64,000 nucleotides of DNA, taken from the NCBI GenBank assembly GCA_965285935.1, contig OZ260666.1, forward strand, positions 3,596,001 to 3,660,000. The letters are read 5' to 3'. Below are positions 14,197-25,992 of this stretch, piece after piece. Both the position numbers and the translations under genes were made by a program. The notes below the pieces were generated by a model, which made no database searches, had not been told where the DNA came from, and worked only from the letters and a program-made list of their open reading frames with translations. This DNA is from Ophelia neglecta (taxonomy: Eukaryota). Numbering within the stretch: the first letter of the stretch is position 1; every line of letters starts with the position of its first letter.

Positions 14197-17143
14197 GTAA
14201 GATATGTTTACACAGGGCATAGCCTACCAGGAAATATAAAGGATATACCAGGATACAATAACATATTAATTCCAAGTACAAGTTCTAAAATCCCAAGCAT
14301 ACTTTATACTTGTTTTGGAACGCATATAGTCAAAGATTTTCAAGATTAGTGTATACAATTTTAACATAATATCATCGTTTTAACAAACCAGATAAACGTT
14401 TATGGGTAAAACAAAAGAATTTACACAACCCAGGCTATAAGAAATGGGTTTAGATCGCTGATATAACGGTAAGGTACGGTACATGCATGGGAGAGTGCGG
14501 GTTCGAATCTTATTAGAAAGGGGCAATTTGCCTCCGCACTTTACGCTCATAATCACAAGCCACCTAGTGCGAAACTGCCTTGGACATATAAGCTGTTAAT
14601 GTCAGACTCCAAGTAAAGAATTATAGACGGCAACACTTTTCATATAATTATTTGGTTGTTAGTTTAATTCGTCAATGGCAGATAATGCCCCTTCTAATAT
14701 ACCACATGGAAAATTCGTACCTATACGACACATTGCGGCCGGATCAATACGGCTTTTTTTACAGGTTAATAATGACTCGTATTTAATACCTCTGCACTGC
14801 TTTAGCCGCTTAATTGACTGGTTTAAAATGCCTGTCAAGCACTCGTGCTTGCTAGGGGTCGCTTTCAGGGCACTTCCGAGCTATCGAGATCTGTTGACAA
14901 GTTGTCGTCTGCCATCAACCAGTCGTCTGTCATAAGCTGTCATGTCAAAAGTTACAATACACTGGGAAGTTGATGCAAAGTTAAGCTGTTCATACATACC
15001 TTGTTCAGAACCTGCTAAATTACAGTATTCAGGGGTTCAAAACGGCTAAAATATCAAGTTTGACCCATGACTTCATAAATATTCCATCTGCTAGCTGGCA
15101 GACCTACATTCATTATAAAAAACAAACTGAGTTATGTTACTTTTGATCCATTAGTATGTTATTCCTCTAATGCCATAAGTATGTAATTTATTTAATAAGA
15201 TATAGGGGGAGACGGTATCGAATGCCTTACTAAAGACAAAACACCACCAGAACCAATCCGGAATTATCGAGGGAATTCAAATTTATTCACAATAATATTA
15301 AGATCCACACAAGTGCCACGAAAAAAACGGTGTTTATCCCAAGGTCTAACAGTCGTTAATACTGTGATGAACACATCATACTAAATTCTAATATGGGCAG
15401 TTTGAAAAGGGGTTAATTTCTTTGGCTGTCATATGGGTCTCCCTTTGGAACTCAGGAGTGGGGTGTCCTGCCAGGGCCTATGTTTTGTGTATTGAGCGTG
15501 ACTCATCATAGTGTCTGTATCTTACAAACAGGCCGAACCTTACGTGTGTTACGCCGTATACAATAAAGTTTTATTATATATTGCCATGACTAGGGTATGG
15601 TTGTTCAAAACTACTTATAACACTTAGTGTAAAATTCTTTTCAGAGCTTTGCACATTTGTTTGCGCAATTTGTACATATAAGGGAATTTAAGTCCTACAG
15701 CGGTGAATGTTTCTAGGTCACCAGGAAGTAGTTTCATGGGTCTACACTTATGCCTATATATGTTTTAAATGTGAGTGTGATATTAATGAAACTCGGCATT
15801 TATTATAGGGATTGTACGTACACAGTTGGGAAGGTTAAATACATACACTATTAAGAATTGTCAGTCTTAGTAATTAAATCATAACTGTACAAATTGCATT
15901 ATTTACATATATTGAAGATATGGTTTTTTTTAGTCTACAATACACTGGTAGAGTCAAATTCGACATGACATTCACTTTATACAAACTCATAGGTTGTGCT
16001 GATCACATGACACTCGCTTTATACTATCTCAATGATTATGCTGATCACATTATTTGCACGATTTCTGTACTATTGATGTTGCTGCCTGGCAGGCAAACTA
16101 GTTAATTGGACATTCTAAGCAATAAATTTTCTCGTCCGCCGAACACTGTGGGCCAAAGCGTAGGCTTGAGAGCGTCAGCGAGCAGCAATGTTTGCGCACT
16201 TAACAACAGTAGTTAGTTTCCCTACGAGTCCAGCCGGTGACACAGTAATACGTAAGTGAAAGTTTCTTGATTAACCACACATTGTTTATTTTTCGACCAA
16301 TAATACTTAAATAAATCCACGTCAGTTATTTAGAGGTAGTAAAAAGATAGGGATGTTGTCTTGCCGAACTAGCGGGATGTTATAAGTGAAGTTGATTACA
16401 CGGGGTTGCCGAGGGGAGGCGGTGGCCCTGGACATTTCTGGAGCGTACAACCTACTGAGGGTAAGGGTCCAGTTTGGTTTAAGAGTTAGCCTGAGGGTTA
16501 GGATTATTCAAGTCTGAGGTGTTTCTCATCCGCCAGACCTCGCCATATCCGGCTTCAATCAAAAGCCGTAACACGTTGGCCCTACACTAAGCTTGCCTGT
16601 AGTATTCCCTGAGCAGAAGACATTTCAAATTTGTAGTGTAACTTAATATATATTACCGTACACTATAAAATAGCCTTTTCTATAAGTTCTGTTCACAACC
16701 AACCTATATAGGACATTTTCAGAACATCTATTATTGTAGGCGCTGATCATTGTGAGCTCAACCAGTATGTTAAATATCACGATAAATGGGAGACCTGGAG
16801 CAAATTGGCCGATAGTAATTCATTATATCATTATAATTATCGGCTATTTAACCAGGATATATACATACTTACATTAATACATCTGAGATCTTGGCTGGCT
16901 TCCAATACACATCAACCTACGCATGGGCCTGGATCTTAAGCGTAGATCTGTGTGGGTTGGGGTTGGAGGGGGTTGGAGTTGGGCTTTGTGTGGGGACAGG
17001 GGAGGCTACTGGCCGGACAGGGGCCAACCTGTAAAGCGGGAAAGATAAAAAATAATGCTACATAATTAGAATTTTTTTAATAAGAGTAACTTTTACGTAA
17101 GTGCTGTAACACATCTCTGTCAATACCGGCGGTGTTCGTGTCC

Positions 17144-17235
17144 GAAACTCGTGTCAGGAAGTTTCTAGGTAAAAATCGTGTCAGGAAGTTTCTAGGTAAA
17201 AATCGTGTCAGAAAGTTTGTAAGTCTATATATAAA
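17144..17235 (+). promoter_or_regulatory. Putative gene B core promoter: three 27-bp tandem units (two with CAGGAAGT, ETS-like) followed by a TATA box
   Basis: aaaaatcgtgtcaggaagtttctaggt-type units at 17144, 17171 and 17198, then TATATATAAA at 17226; homologous single-unit layout upstream of gene D. Confidence 0.55.
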
Positions 17236-17449
17236 GAGAATTTACTGCATATCATAAATAACGAGAGAGAGAGAAAGTTTACTTTCAAATGAAAGATGGG
17301 ACGGCAGACAATCAGAAGGTTTATTCGTTTTTATGTAGTGGAAAAGAGGTTGGTGTGTCTTCCACCGGCTTTCTTTTGATGTTTTTGTCATTGGTAATAG
17401 TATATTGATACAAACATATTTTTAGGTCTCGGTGAATTTAAGCTGGCCT

Positions 17450-20400
17450 ATGATGGAGACCAAGTCGATCGTACTGCTGGTTTGTCTGTGCAAGGTAGAA
17501 GGTGTTATGACTGCACCATCGAGTGGTAAGTACTGGAATTTTATACACTGACGTATGTAGAATCTTAGAATCGACTTATGATTAGTCAAGAAGTGTACAC
17601 CAAGTCTCACTCATTCATCATGACTGATCGCTTTCAAGGGTATGTCGTTTTCCGACTATTATTCACATTGGAAGGGTGTTTTCGAATTTCAGCTTCTTCC
17701 GGCACAGTCACTAAAGTCACTAATAGAACCCTACAATTTGCAACTTCCACAGGCACAGTCATTCGAGTGAATATTGGCGACAACGCCACCTTGCGGTGGA
17801 AACTGCCGAAGGAAAATAGCATAGAGCTCACAAAATGTTATGACACGAACATGATCAACACATTTAACATTGTGAACATGACGGTGGTATTCAGGAGTGT
17901 TAATATGCGCCATGAGCCTCTCAGTTCAGGGACAAACGAGATCAGCCTAACGATGACATTGACAAATGTCACGAGAGAAGACGCTGGTTCGTACAACTGT
18001 CGTCGTACTAACTATAGTGAAACCAACACTGTTTTTGTCTGGGGTAAGTTCTCCTTTTGATTTTTCTTGACACTGACAGACCATGTGTCTCCTTCTTTTG
18101 TGCTTTTTTTGGCTACGTAAAAAACAATCTGTGAAGTAGTACATATATTGTCGGACTTTGGTTCTTAACCCTGAAAGAAATAGAATGTTATTTCTTTTTT
18201 TTTACCAGGTTCCTCTTATATCTATTCGTAACTGACTTTACAATCGTTGCAGTAATGTCCATCTTACCATATATAAGTATTTGATAAACCCTTAAATTAT
18301 ATTTTGATTAAGTCTCTCTTTCCCTTTGTTTGTGCGCCACTTTTTCTTTAAGGTAAAGAATTAGACAATGTAGAAAGAAGGAAAAGATTGCATACCCTAA
18401 CTTTTTGCATTATCAATACCATAAATTTAGTTACGATTGCTTCGTCAAGTTTCAGTATTGGATATACTTTTTTAATTATTAAAAGTTGAAACATCCTCAT
18501 GATTACACTACAGAAGACCACGTGAATTAATTTTTTCACATATTCAACTACTCATGGATAATACCAACCGTATATTTAAGATTTAAATTGTCTTAGCCAT
18601 ATTTTATACCTATGCCTTTCGCTCGGTCCATATGATTACATTTTCCGATTATTTTCAGGAAGACCTTTCCCAGCCCTAATAGATTCAGAGGGCTTTAAGT
18701 TGATGTGTAACGTCACTTCCACTTCTGTGCCAGAAGGCTTTCGAACTCCGATGGCTTACACTTGGTTAAGAGATGGCGCTGTTATCGGAAATACCTCGTT
18801 CGAATCTAACTATACGATTCCGATATGGAACATTATGAACCCGTTCCATAAATACTCCTGTCTAGGGAGAGAGAATGGCTCTACACTAGTGTCAGACTCA
18901 AGTAAGTAACACATACTGATCGTGCTTAGCAGCGTGGCTACCAAAACCCATGGAAGTCACAATGCACTGTTGGGTACCGAACGATAATTAACTAAGACGA
19001 GTAATGTGGATTTTACATCAGTTTCTGCAAGCATTGCTGAAACACCATTAAAATGAAACAGTTTAAACTTGGTTTAAGTCATCAAGTAATTTCAATTGAT
19101 ATATCGATGTTATGCGTTAACGATCCGATAATGAGTATGTTTTTTTTCAGGTGGTTTTGTGCAGCTTCCTGTTACCCCAGGCCTGCTGGTGATGATCACG
19201 GGATCCTGTGTCCTAACCTTACTACTTGTCTTAGTCATACTGCTCTGCTATCGACGTGAGTGTCTTGTCATATCTTCAACCTCGCATTTTATGTTTCAGA
19301 TTCCCTGTATAACGGAAATCGTGCTTAGTAAAATAGAATGCATACTCTGGGGATCAAATTATGTATAGAAGAGACATAATCATGCTTTTCGAAACCGTAG
19401 TGTGACATTCCGTACTTAGGAGTATGGGTGCAAAGGGTGAAGCTTTTCATCCGGGAAATCCATCAGGGCTACGCAGAATTTTAGTTACTTAGACTCTTAA
19501 TCAAAGATTGGACAGACCATAATTAAAGAATCATTCCATCAGTCCGTATTCCAAAAATAAGAAGGTCATATTTAGCATTTAAACGCTTCAACGCAAAGAG
19601 GCCCTTTTACAATACACGTGTTAAAGAAATCCCCACACAGCTTGTTTAAAAACAATGAAAGTAAACATAATAAACTACCTAGTATTACAAAATGCTAAGG
19701 TTCTTACTGTATTACATATTCGTTGATGTAGTTTACTAAATGGGTCAAGCATACTATCTAAGAAAATCAATATTTTAATGCACCAGTCTGAAATTAGCCA
19801 AATTTCTCTTTCATGCTACACAGTCTGATATAAATAGATCATATAAGATTTATTTCTCAATCAGATAATCACATCTTTATTTTGGTATAGAATCAAAACT
19901 AAGACAAGGAGACCGTCACCAGGCAGACAGCTTTCATGAACGAAGGCGTCGTCAGGAGTCATGCTGCTGTCACGAACAACGCTGCCGCCACGATCCAAAC
20001 TGTTGTCACCAGTCAAGGGGGCATCACGAGTCTGGCTGTCGTCACGAGGCACCCTGCCGTCACCGGCCACACTGCTGTCAGGAGCCATCGTGTGGTCACG
20101 ATCCACGCTGCGGTCAGGAGCAATCGTGTGGTCACCATCCACGCTGCGGTCAGGAGCCATCGTGTGGTCACGATCCACGCTGCGGTCAGGAGCCATCGTG
20201 TGGTCACCATCCACGCGGTGGTCAGGAGCCATCCTGCCATCACCAGCCATCCGGCCGTCAGGTAGATATCGATGATGATTACGACACGACCATGGTAGAG
20301 AACATCATGTTTGACCCTCAAATGGACGGTGAGCCGATATCCATAATTACTTTCCTTATCATACATTTATATTCATCCCCGGCACCTTTTACTGAATTTG

Positions 20401-20870
20401 GGTATAAATATTGTTTGAATATTAAGTGTGGGTGTACTGTATGGTTCAACAGCTGCAATAAATAACTTTTACCTCAAAGCTATTTCTGAGAAGAAGAGAT
20501 AAATGAGAGAATGCGCAGTGAGACCAGCTGAGCCACTGTCAGCGCACAATTGAATTTAAACTACATGCAAAAGTAGTTTTTAACTAAAAAATAAATATAA
20601 TACTAAGGACCAATATATCCCACGATATATTTTCATGGTATAAACATTTCGATTTGACAACCTTCTCTTCTCAAATTTCTGTTACAACTTTATTTCACTC
20701 GACGTCTTTCATTACAGTTAGAATACTGTTGCAAACTTATTGTTTTCCAAACAGAGGTCAGCGAGTTTGGACAGTCTAATACATTCAGACCTATCGCGTC
20801 CGGGTATTCCGAGGTTTGGGTGCCAGTACCTCCGCTATCTGGGAATACAGCCAGGCAAGGTGAGAAATGA
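17450..20870 (+). CDS. Gene B: two-Ig type-I receptor with Cys/His-rich repeat tail and ITIM-consensus motif (~442 aa)
   Basis: Phase-1 exons: 17450-17525 signal (MMETKSIVLLVCLCKVEG); 17693-18043 V-like (alternative in-phase acceptor 17753); 18659-18901 second Ig (LMC...YTWLRDG...YSC); 19151-19255 TM; 19891-20328 Cys/His repeat; 20755-20870 terminal exon (SGYSEVWVPVPP...*). Open frame throughout. Confidence 0.82.
19891..20328 (+). CDS. Gene B cytoplasmic Cys/His-rich hexapeptide repeat exon (36-bp higher-order repeat)
   Basis: tag acceptor ends 19890, gtgagc donor at 20329, 438 nt. Phase-1 frame reads ...CCCHEQRCRHDPNCCHQ...(CGQEPSCGHDPR)-type x4...; this frame is absent from the ORF track. 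Confidence 0.8.
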
Positions 20871-21001
20871 TGAAACCTGGGTAATCATATCATCAATGAT
20901 AAATGTTAAGGTCACAGTATTCTTGCAAAACATTAAAAGGTTAGTCATTTTTTGGAGTTTTGTCTTTGAAATAATAAAGCATGATCCGGAATATAATGTT
21001 A

Positions 21002-21173
21002 CAGTGGCACCTGTGTGTTTGGTCACCTGTGCACTACAGTCACCTGCGCCATAAGGTCACAAATAACAGCCTAATCCCCATGTATGCCTGCGTTAATTGA
21101 CCTGCTTATGAAGGTCACCTACATAATTTGGCAAGTTTTTGCTCTTGCCTGACCTGTTTAAAAGGTTACACTG
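21002..21173. mobile_element. Short MITE-like element with CAGT...ACTG ends and TA flanks (Tc1/pogo-type)
   Basis: ta|cagtggcacct ... aggttacactg|ta imperfect terminal inverted repeats. Confidence 0.45.
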
Positions 21174-21179
21174 TATGAC

Positions 21180-21560
21180 AAAGCTAAGCTGGGTTTGGCA
21201 GATCTTAGATGGGCTAGGAGGCTCTTTATTTTAATTGGTGTTTCAATTTGCTATAGCCTAGCATCCCTGGATACCTATATTCTCGCATGATTAACATGCA
21301 CTTACCCAAAATGTAAATTAAAACCATAATTATGAATTCTGCAGCAAAATCTTCTTCCGGCCGTCTATCGTTTCTCGACCCTCTGAGGTACCTGTATGCT
21401 AGTGTGGATAGGAGATGGAAGAAAAGGAGTAGACTCGTCCCTGAATGAGACGCTGGGATGCGATGAATGAAGGGGAAGAGGACCAAGGACGCCGGAAGGG
21501 GACAAGGATGGGGAGTGGGATCAGGGACTTTGGGTGGGACCAGGGATCTTCGGGGACTTG
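21180..21560. repeat. Dispersed repeat, diverged copy at ~57345-57730 and partial at ~22260-22330
   Basis: Shared ctaagct.ggt..gc...ttagatg, cctgtatgctag.gtggatagga and ggaaggggacaagga segments. Confidence 0.6.
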
Positions 21561-21794
21561 GGAGTTTGGTTTCAACCATCCATAGGTCTTTGTACAATTT
21601 ATTGGAGCGGGTGCCTTACTTGGGACCAGATCAATAGCCTTGGAATAAGGCCTCAGCGGTTGGTAGTATGAAATAAAATGGTAACTTTTTTTTTATCTTC
21701 CTGCAAGGCCTTGGCTGAAGCGTCAAGCGCTCGGCCTGACACCTTTACGCAATAAAGGCGCACTACTACCGGTTGAAAAATCAGCCGGTGAACA

Positions 21795-22110
21795 GCGCAT
21801 GCGCATCAATACGGAAGTGTACATTCAACATGTACATTGAATCGAGACGGTCAAAACCTGTGCACGTCGTGATGCTTAGTTGGAAAAATAATACACATTA
21901 TCTAGCATGTCAAGCACCAGTCTTAATGTCAATTGAAGTAAACCTATTTCTATCATTATTAACACATCATATTTTAAAGACTGATTTGCATAAATACATA
22001 AATAATGCGTTTGTTTACCTGTTTAACTTCGCCAGCGTCCCGAGTCCGTCATATTGCAAATCCACGTGTCACGTGACACGACTGACGTCACGGAAGCTCA
22101 TTAATATTAA
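21795..22110. promoter_or_regulatory. CpG-rich cluster of TF consensus sites (NRF1, ETS, E-box, CRE)
   Basis: GCGCATGCGC 21795; CGGAAGTG 21812; 16-bp palindrome CGTGTCACGTGACACG 22065-22080; TGACGTCA 22083; CGGAAG 22091; TTAATATTAA 22101. Confidence 0.45.
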
Positions 22111-24158
22111 GTCCGCTCATGAATTATTCAGAGCGAGCATGATCAGGCGGCCCGTACAAGGCTACGAGGGATGTAGATAGTAAACACCGTTTATAGTAAA
22201 AACATGACTTTTATTGATTTATCATACATTTTGAAGGAATCAGTGAGTAGCATTGTGGCAAGGCTACCAGATCAATGACGGGGAAGGGAAGGACTGCGGA
22301 AGGGGAACAGGGACTTTGGATGGGGTGGCGCTATTTGGTTCGAATTATCCTTGGGGCTGGGTAATACAGATGGAGGCAGATGCCTTATACGGGATCTGGC
22401 ATATTGAGTGAAACCAGGGTTTTTGTATAGGATCGGGGATTTTAAGTGGGTTCGGGGATCTTGGGTGGTGCCGGGGACCTTGGGTTAGGTAAGGGACCTG
22501 TGGTGGGAACGCAGATCTTGGGGACTATAGCCCTTTGTTGAGATCGGGGATTCCAGATGCTAACGAAGAGCTTTTGTAGTATGGGGTGCCTTGAAGGGGA
22601 TTTGGATCTGCAAACTTTTTGAATATTATGCTTGAAGCAGGGTTTATAACTATTAACGAGGGTGGTGTCAATATGCCAATGTGCCTTGAACATAGCTAGC
22701 GCGGGACTATAATTATCGTCCTTAACATATACGACTGATAATATTTTATTGGAAACAGAAAACATAACGGCTTCCTGATAAATTAGGGCGGTTTAGTTAC
22801 AACAAGTTAAAACTTTGGTTTTAAACAAAGATTATTTATATATGCTAAATTCACTAACAATAAAAGCAATACAAATTCCACAGTTTTTGGAATAAATACA
22901 GTATAATGTATAAATTGATCAAAACTCAATCTATTATCACATCAAAAGAATTCCGCAACCTCCTTGAGATAGAAAAAAAAATCAAAAGTTTGTTTTTTAC
23001 CAGAAAAGAGGCAAAAGGTAGGCTCGCGCGGACGGTACCCAAAGTATGTACTTTTCATGGCCGTAGATTTGACATTCAATGACACTCTGAATTCTATATA
23101 ATAACATTTCCTGTGTTTATCGAGAATGCTTTTATTATTGTTCTTCTATTGTTGGTAATTTGACACCGCTTAATAACTACACAATGAATTTGTAAACATA
23201 GTTAATGCACTGTATCAAAATATATGACTATTCATGCCAATTGTTTTGTAAAAAATAAAATACTTGCTTAGTTGTGAAGTCTAAGCTTTAGACCAAATGT
23301 ATCTTTAATTTTCAAGCCTATATCTGTCCGACATGTTAAATAGTGATTTACTTTGTATATAGAATATGTAAAGATTAAAATGTTTTTAAAAATGCCAGTT
23401 ACTTTAGTTGTTAGATCTATAAGGAAAATATATGCCATAATATGGAGTATTTTTCATCCATTGTCTTAATCCTACAATGACTTACAACCAGAATATTCAC
23501 CAAAGGTCGCGCATCCATTTGGGAAGGCCACGTACAAATGTGCTCAAAAAGGTATTTTCTATAAAATCAACACCATCCTTAAACACGCCCTAATTTATAC
23601 AAATTAGATTTAACAAAACCCAGGATGGCCAAATCACTTATATTAACTAAAAACATCGAAAAGTGTAAAGTTAACGCACGTTTTATTTGCTCTACGAGCT
23701 GTCTAATAGGTACCGGCTGATTCTGCTGAATCTAAACAATTATTTTTAAATAAAAGGGTGTTTTGAATGATCATGAGCTAGTATAAAGGCACAGGTGTTT
23801 CATTATACGCTGCCGGGATCTACCTTTTCGTGCGATGATCATAAAACGCGATGTATATACTCTCCTTTTATGCTTAGGATACCGATATGTCTATATTCAA
23901 AACGGTGGTATTTAAATTTGCTCCAGATAATCTACACAGACGTCTGACGTCACGATAGTCGCCTTAGACTACCAATCGCTTGTACTGATAACAACAATTG
24001 CTCGATATCCGAAATGTGTCTGACTGTAGGAAACTTAGTTAATTGCCATATAAATTACTAATTTTTCCCGTTCTGAAACAATGTAGGCCGGGACGAACGT
24101 TCACGCTATTAGAAAATAGGTCTGTTTGTATGCTTCAACGCAGTTTTCCGCTAGGCTG

Positions 24159-24600
24159 TCAGTTGGCTGCAGGCTAGAGGTTCAGTTGGCTGCAGGCTAG
24201 TGGTTCAGTTGGCTGCAGGCTAGAGGTTCAGTTGGCTGCAGGCTAGAGGTTCAGGTGGCTGCAGGCTAGAGGTTCAGGTGGCTGCAGGCTAGAGGTTCAG
24301 TTGGCTGCAGGCTAGAGGTTCAGTTGGCTGCAGGCTAGAGGTTCAGGTGGCTGCAGGCTAGAGGTTCAGGTGGCTGCAGGCTAGTGGTTCAGTTGGCTGC
24401 AGGCTAGAGGTTCAGTTGGCTGCAGGCTAGTGGTTCAGTTTGGCTGCAAGCTAGAGGTTCAGTTGGCTGCAGGCTGGAGGTTCAGGTGGCTGCAGGCTGG
24501 AGGTTCAGTTGGCTGCAGGCTAGAGGTTCAGTTGGCTGCAGGCTGGAGGTTCAGTTGGCTGCAGGCTGGAGGTTCAGTTGGTGACAAGCTAGGAGTTCAA
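24159..24600. repeat. 23-bp minisatellite (ggctagaggttcagttggctgca), ~19 units
   Basis: Direct tandem repeats with few variants and no spacers. Confidence 0.95.
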
Positions 24601-24851
24601 CTGGGAGCAGGATAGCATTTCAGCTGTTGGCAGCTCAACAAGTAAGTCTGATTTACATATTTTTAAACTTTTTGTTTATCTCGTTACTTTTTTCGGCACC
24701 TTATCATATATTTTTTGTTGTGAACGTTTTAAATGTTGGTATCACTCAGTCCATTTATCCTCAGTCTGTAAAACAGTCATATGAAATAGGCTCTGTTAAA
24801 AGTCAATTTATATGGGACACTTTCAGTGTTCACTGATAATATCCTACATCC

Positions 24852-25081
24852 AGGACCCGGTTTCTGGAAGCAGTTTAGGATTATATAAGACGATTACCGA
24901 TTAACTCAGATCGCTTTATTCGGTGTTTCAATTGACCAGGAATAAGTCTACGACCAAAATGGATAGGTTAAAACCAAATCCAGCTTCCAAAAAGCCAATT
25001 AGGACGTTAAGAGCGGTTAAGCACTTGAAAACTGATTTTAATCCGAATTGAGAGTTAAGACCGCTTCGAGAAACCGGTCCC
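24852..25081. mobile_element. ~230-bp MITE with imperfect terminal inverted repeats
   Basis: ggacccggtttctggaagcag at the left end vs gaccgcttcgagaaaccggtccc at the right; second copy at 58622-58837. Confidence 0.6.
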
Positions 25082-25992
25082 AGCACCTTATTAACCATGT
25101 ATTGTATGGGAAATATGGGACACAGGTCTATACAAGTAATAACCAAACTGGGTTATCAAATACATAGATACATCACATGTCTTGGCCACCATCCAACACG
25201 GAACAACATGGAGTTTGCCCTGGAACTGAGACGGCATGGTTGGAGGAAAGGGGTGAGTTGGTGGTTTGGTGGAGGGGGGTTGGGGGTTGGTAGTGGTGGT
25301 TGGGGGGGGGGAGTGGGGGGGGGCGGAGTTTACGGAAAGGCTGCTTAGCGTGTGATCTGATGGATTATCTAATTTATTCATTTAGTCAGCAGATCACTTC
25401 ACCACACTCCTACATTATTCAAGCTATATATATAAAATGTTTGTTTAATGACCGAGCGCCTTCCTGTAATATATATCTGGCAAGCGCAGATGATATCCTC
25501 CCGGAAATTACTGTCACATATTAGATGTTGAGGCAGACATTTAGATGGATGACATCATCGTTATTTAGGTGGGTGTTTTCTACTAGCTATTTCCTTTTGG
25601 CACGAGTTTTTGAGTTAAGAGACGCACCATTAGATCACTAGACGGGAGCATGGAGGGGGATAGGGAGTAGGAGGATGGGGAAAGAAGATTGCTTACAAAT
25701 AAACTGTTTTTAAATTCATGATAAAGATTTTTTTTTAAGTTTGTAAAAAAACGGTATAACGGTTTTTCATTTACTTCGGCTTAAAACACATATTTTCTCC
25801 CCAGAAGTTGCGAACAATTTTTTGCTTCAAAATTTTCTAGCCCCCCCCCTTCTGCTTCCCCTTGATTTCAAATTGATCGGGCAATGCTCATTTTTACTAC
25901 ACGTTACAGTTTTATATCATCTAGTAAATGTGTAAGACAAAGATATGTTTAAACCATGTTATTCAGGTCTACACATATTAACGCCTGCAATA

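Noticed and set aside
14485-14515. tRNA gene (GGTTCGAATC B-box)
   Set aside because: No cloverleaf or clear A-box; at most a SINE remnant.
17693-18060. V(D)J-like rearrangement (cacagtc words, FVWG ending)
   Set aside because: No CACAGTG heptamer with a 12/23-spaced nonamer seen; each V exon includes its own G strand and splice donor; no WGxG motif.
19861-20366. Four overlapping ORF-track ORFs (also 28665-28952 and 35251-35589)
   Set aside because: Shadow frames of a stop-poor repeat; the splice phase from the TM exon selects the Cys/His frame in all three paralogs.
24159-24600. CRISPR-like appearance of the 21-, 22- and 23-bp arrays
   Set aside because: Head-to-tail repeats with no unique spacers, no cas genes, eukaryotic context.
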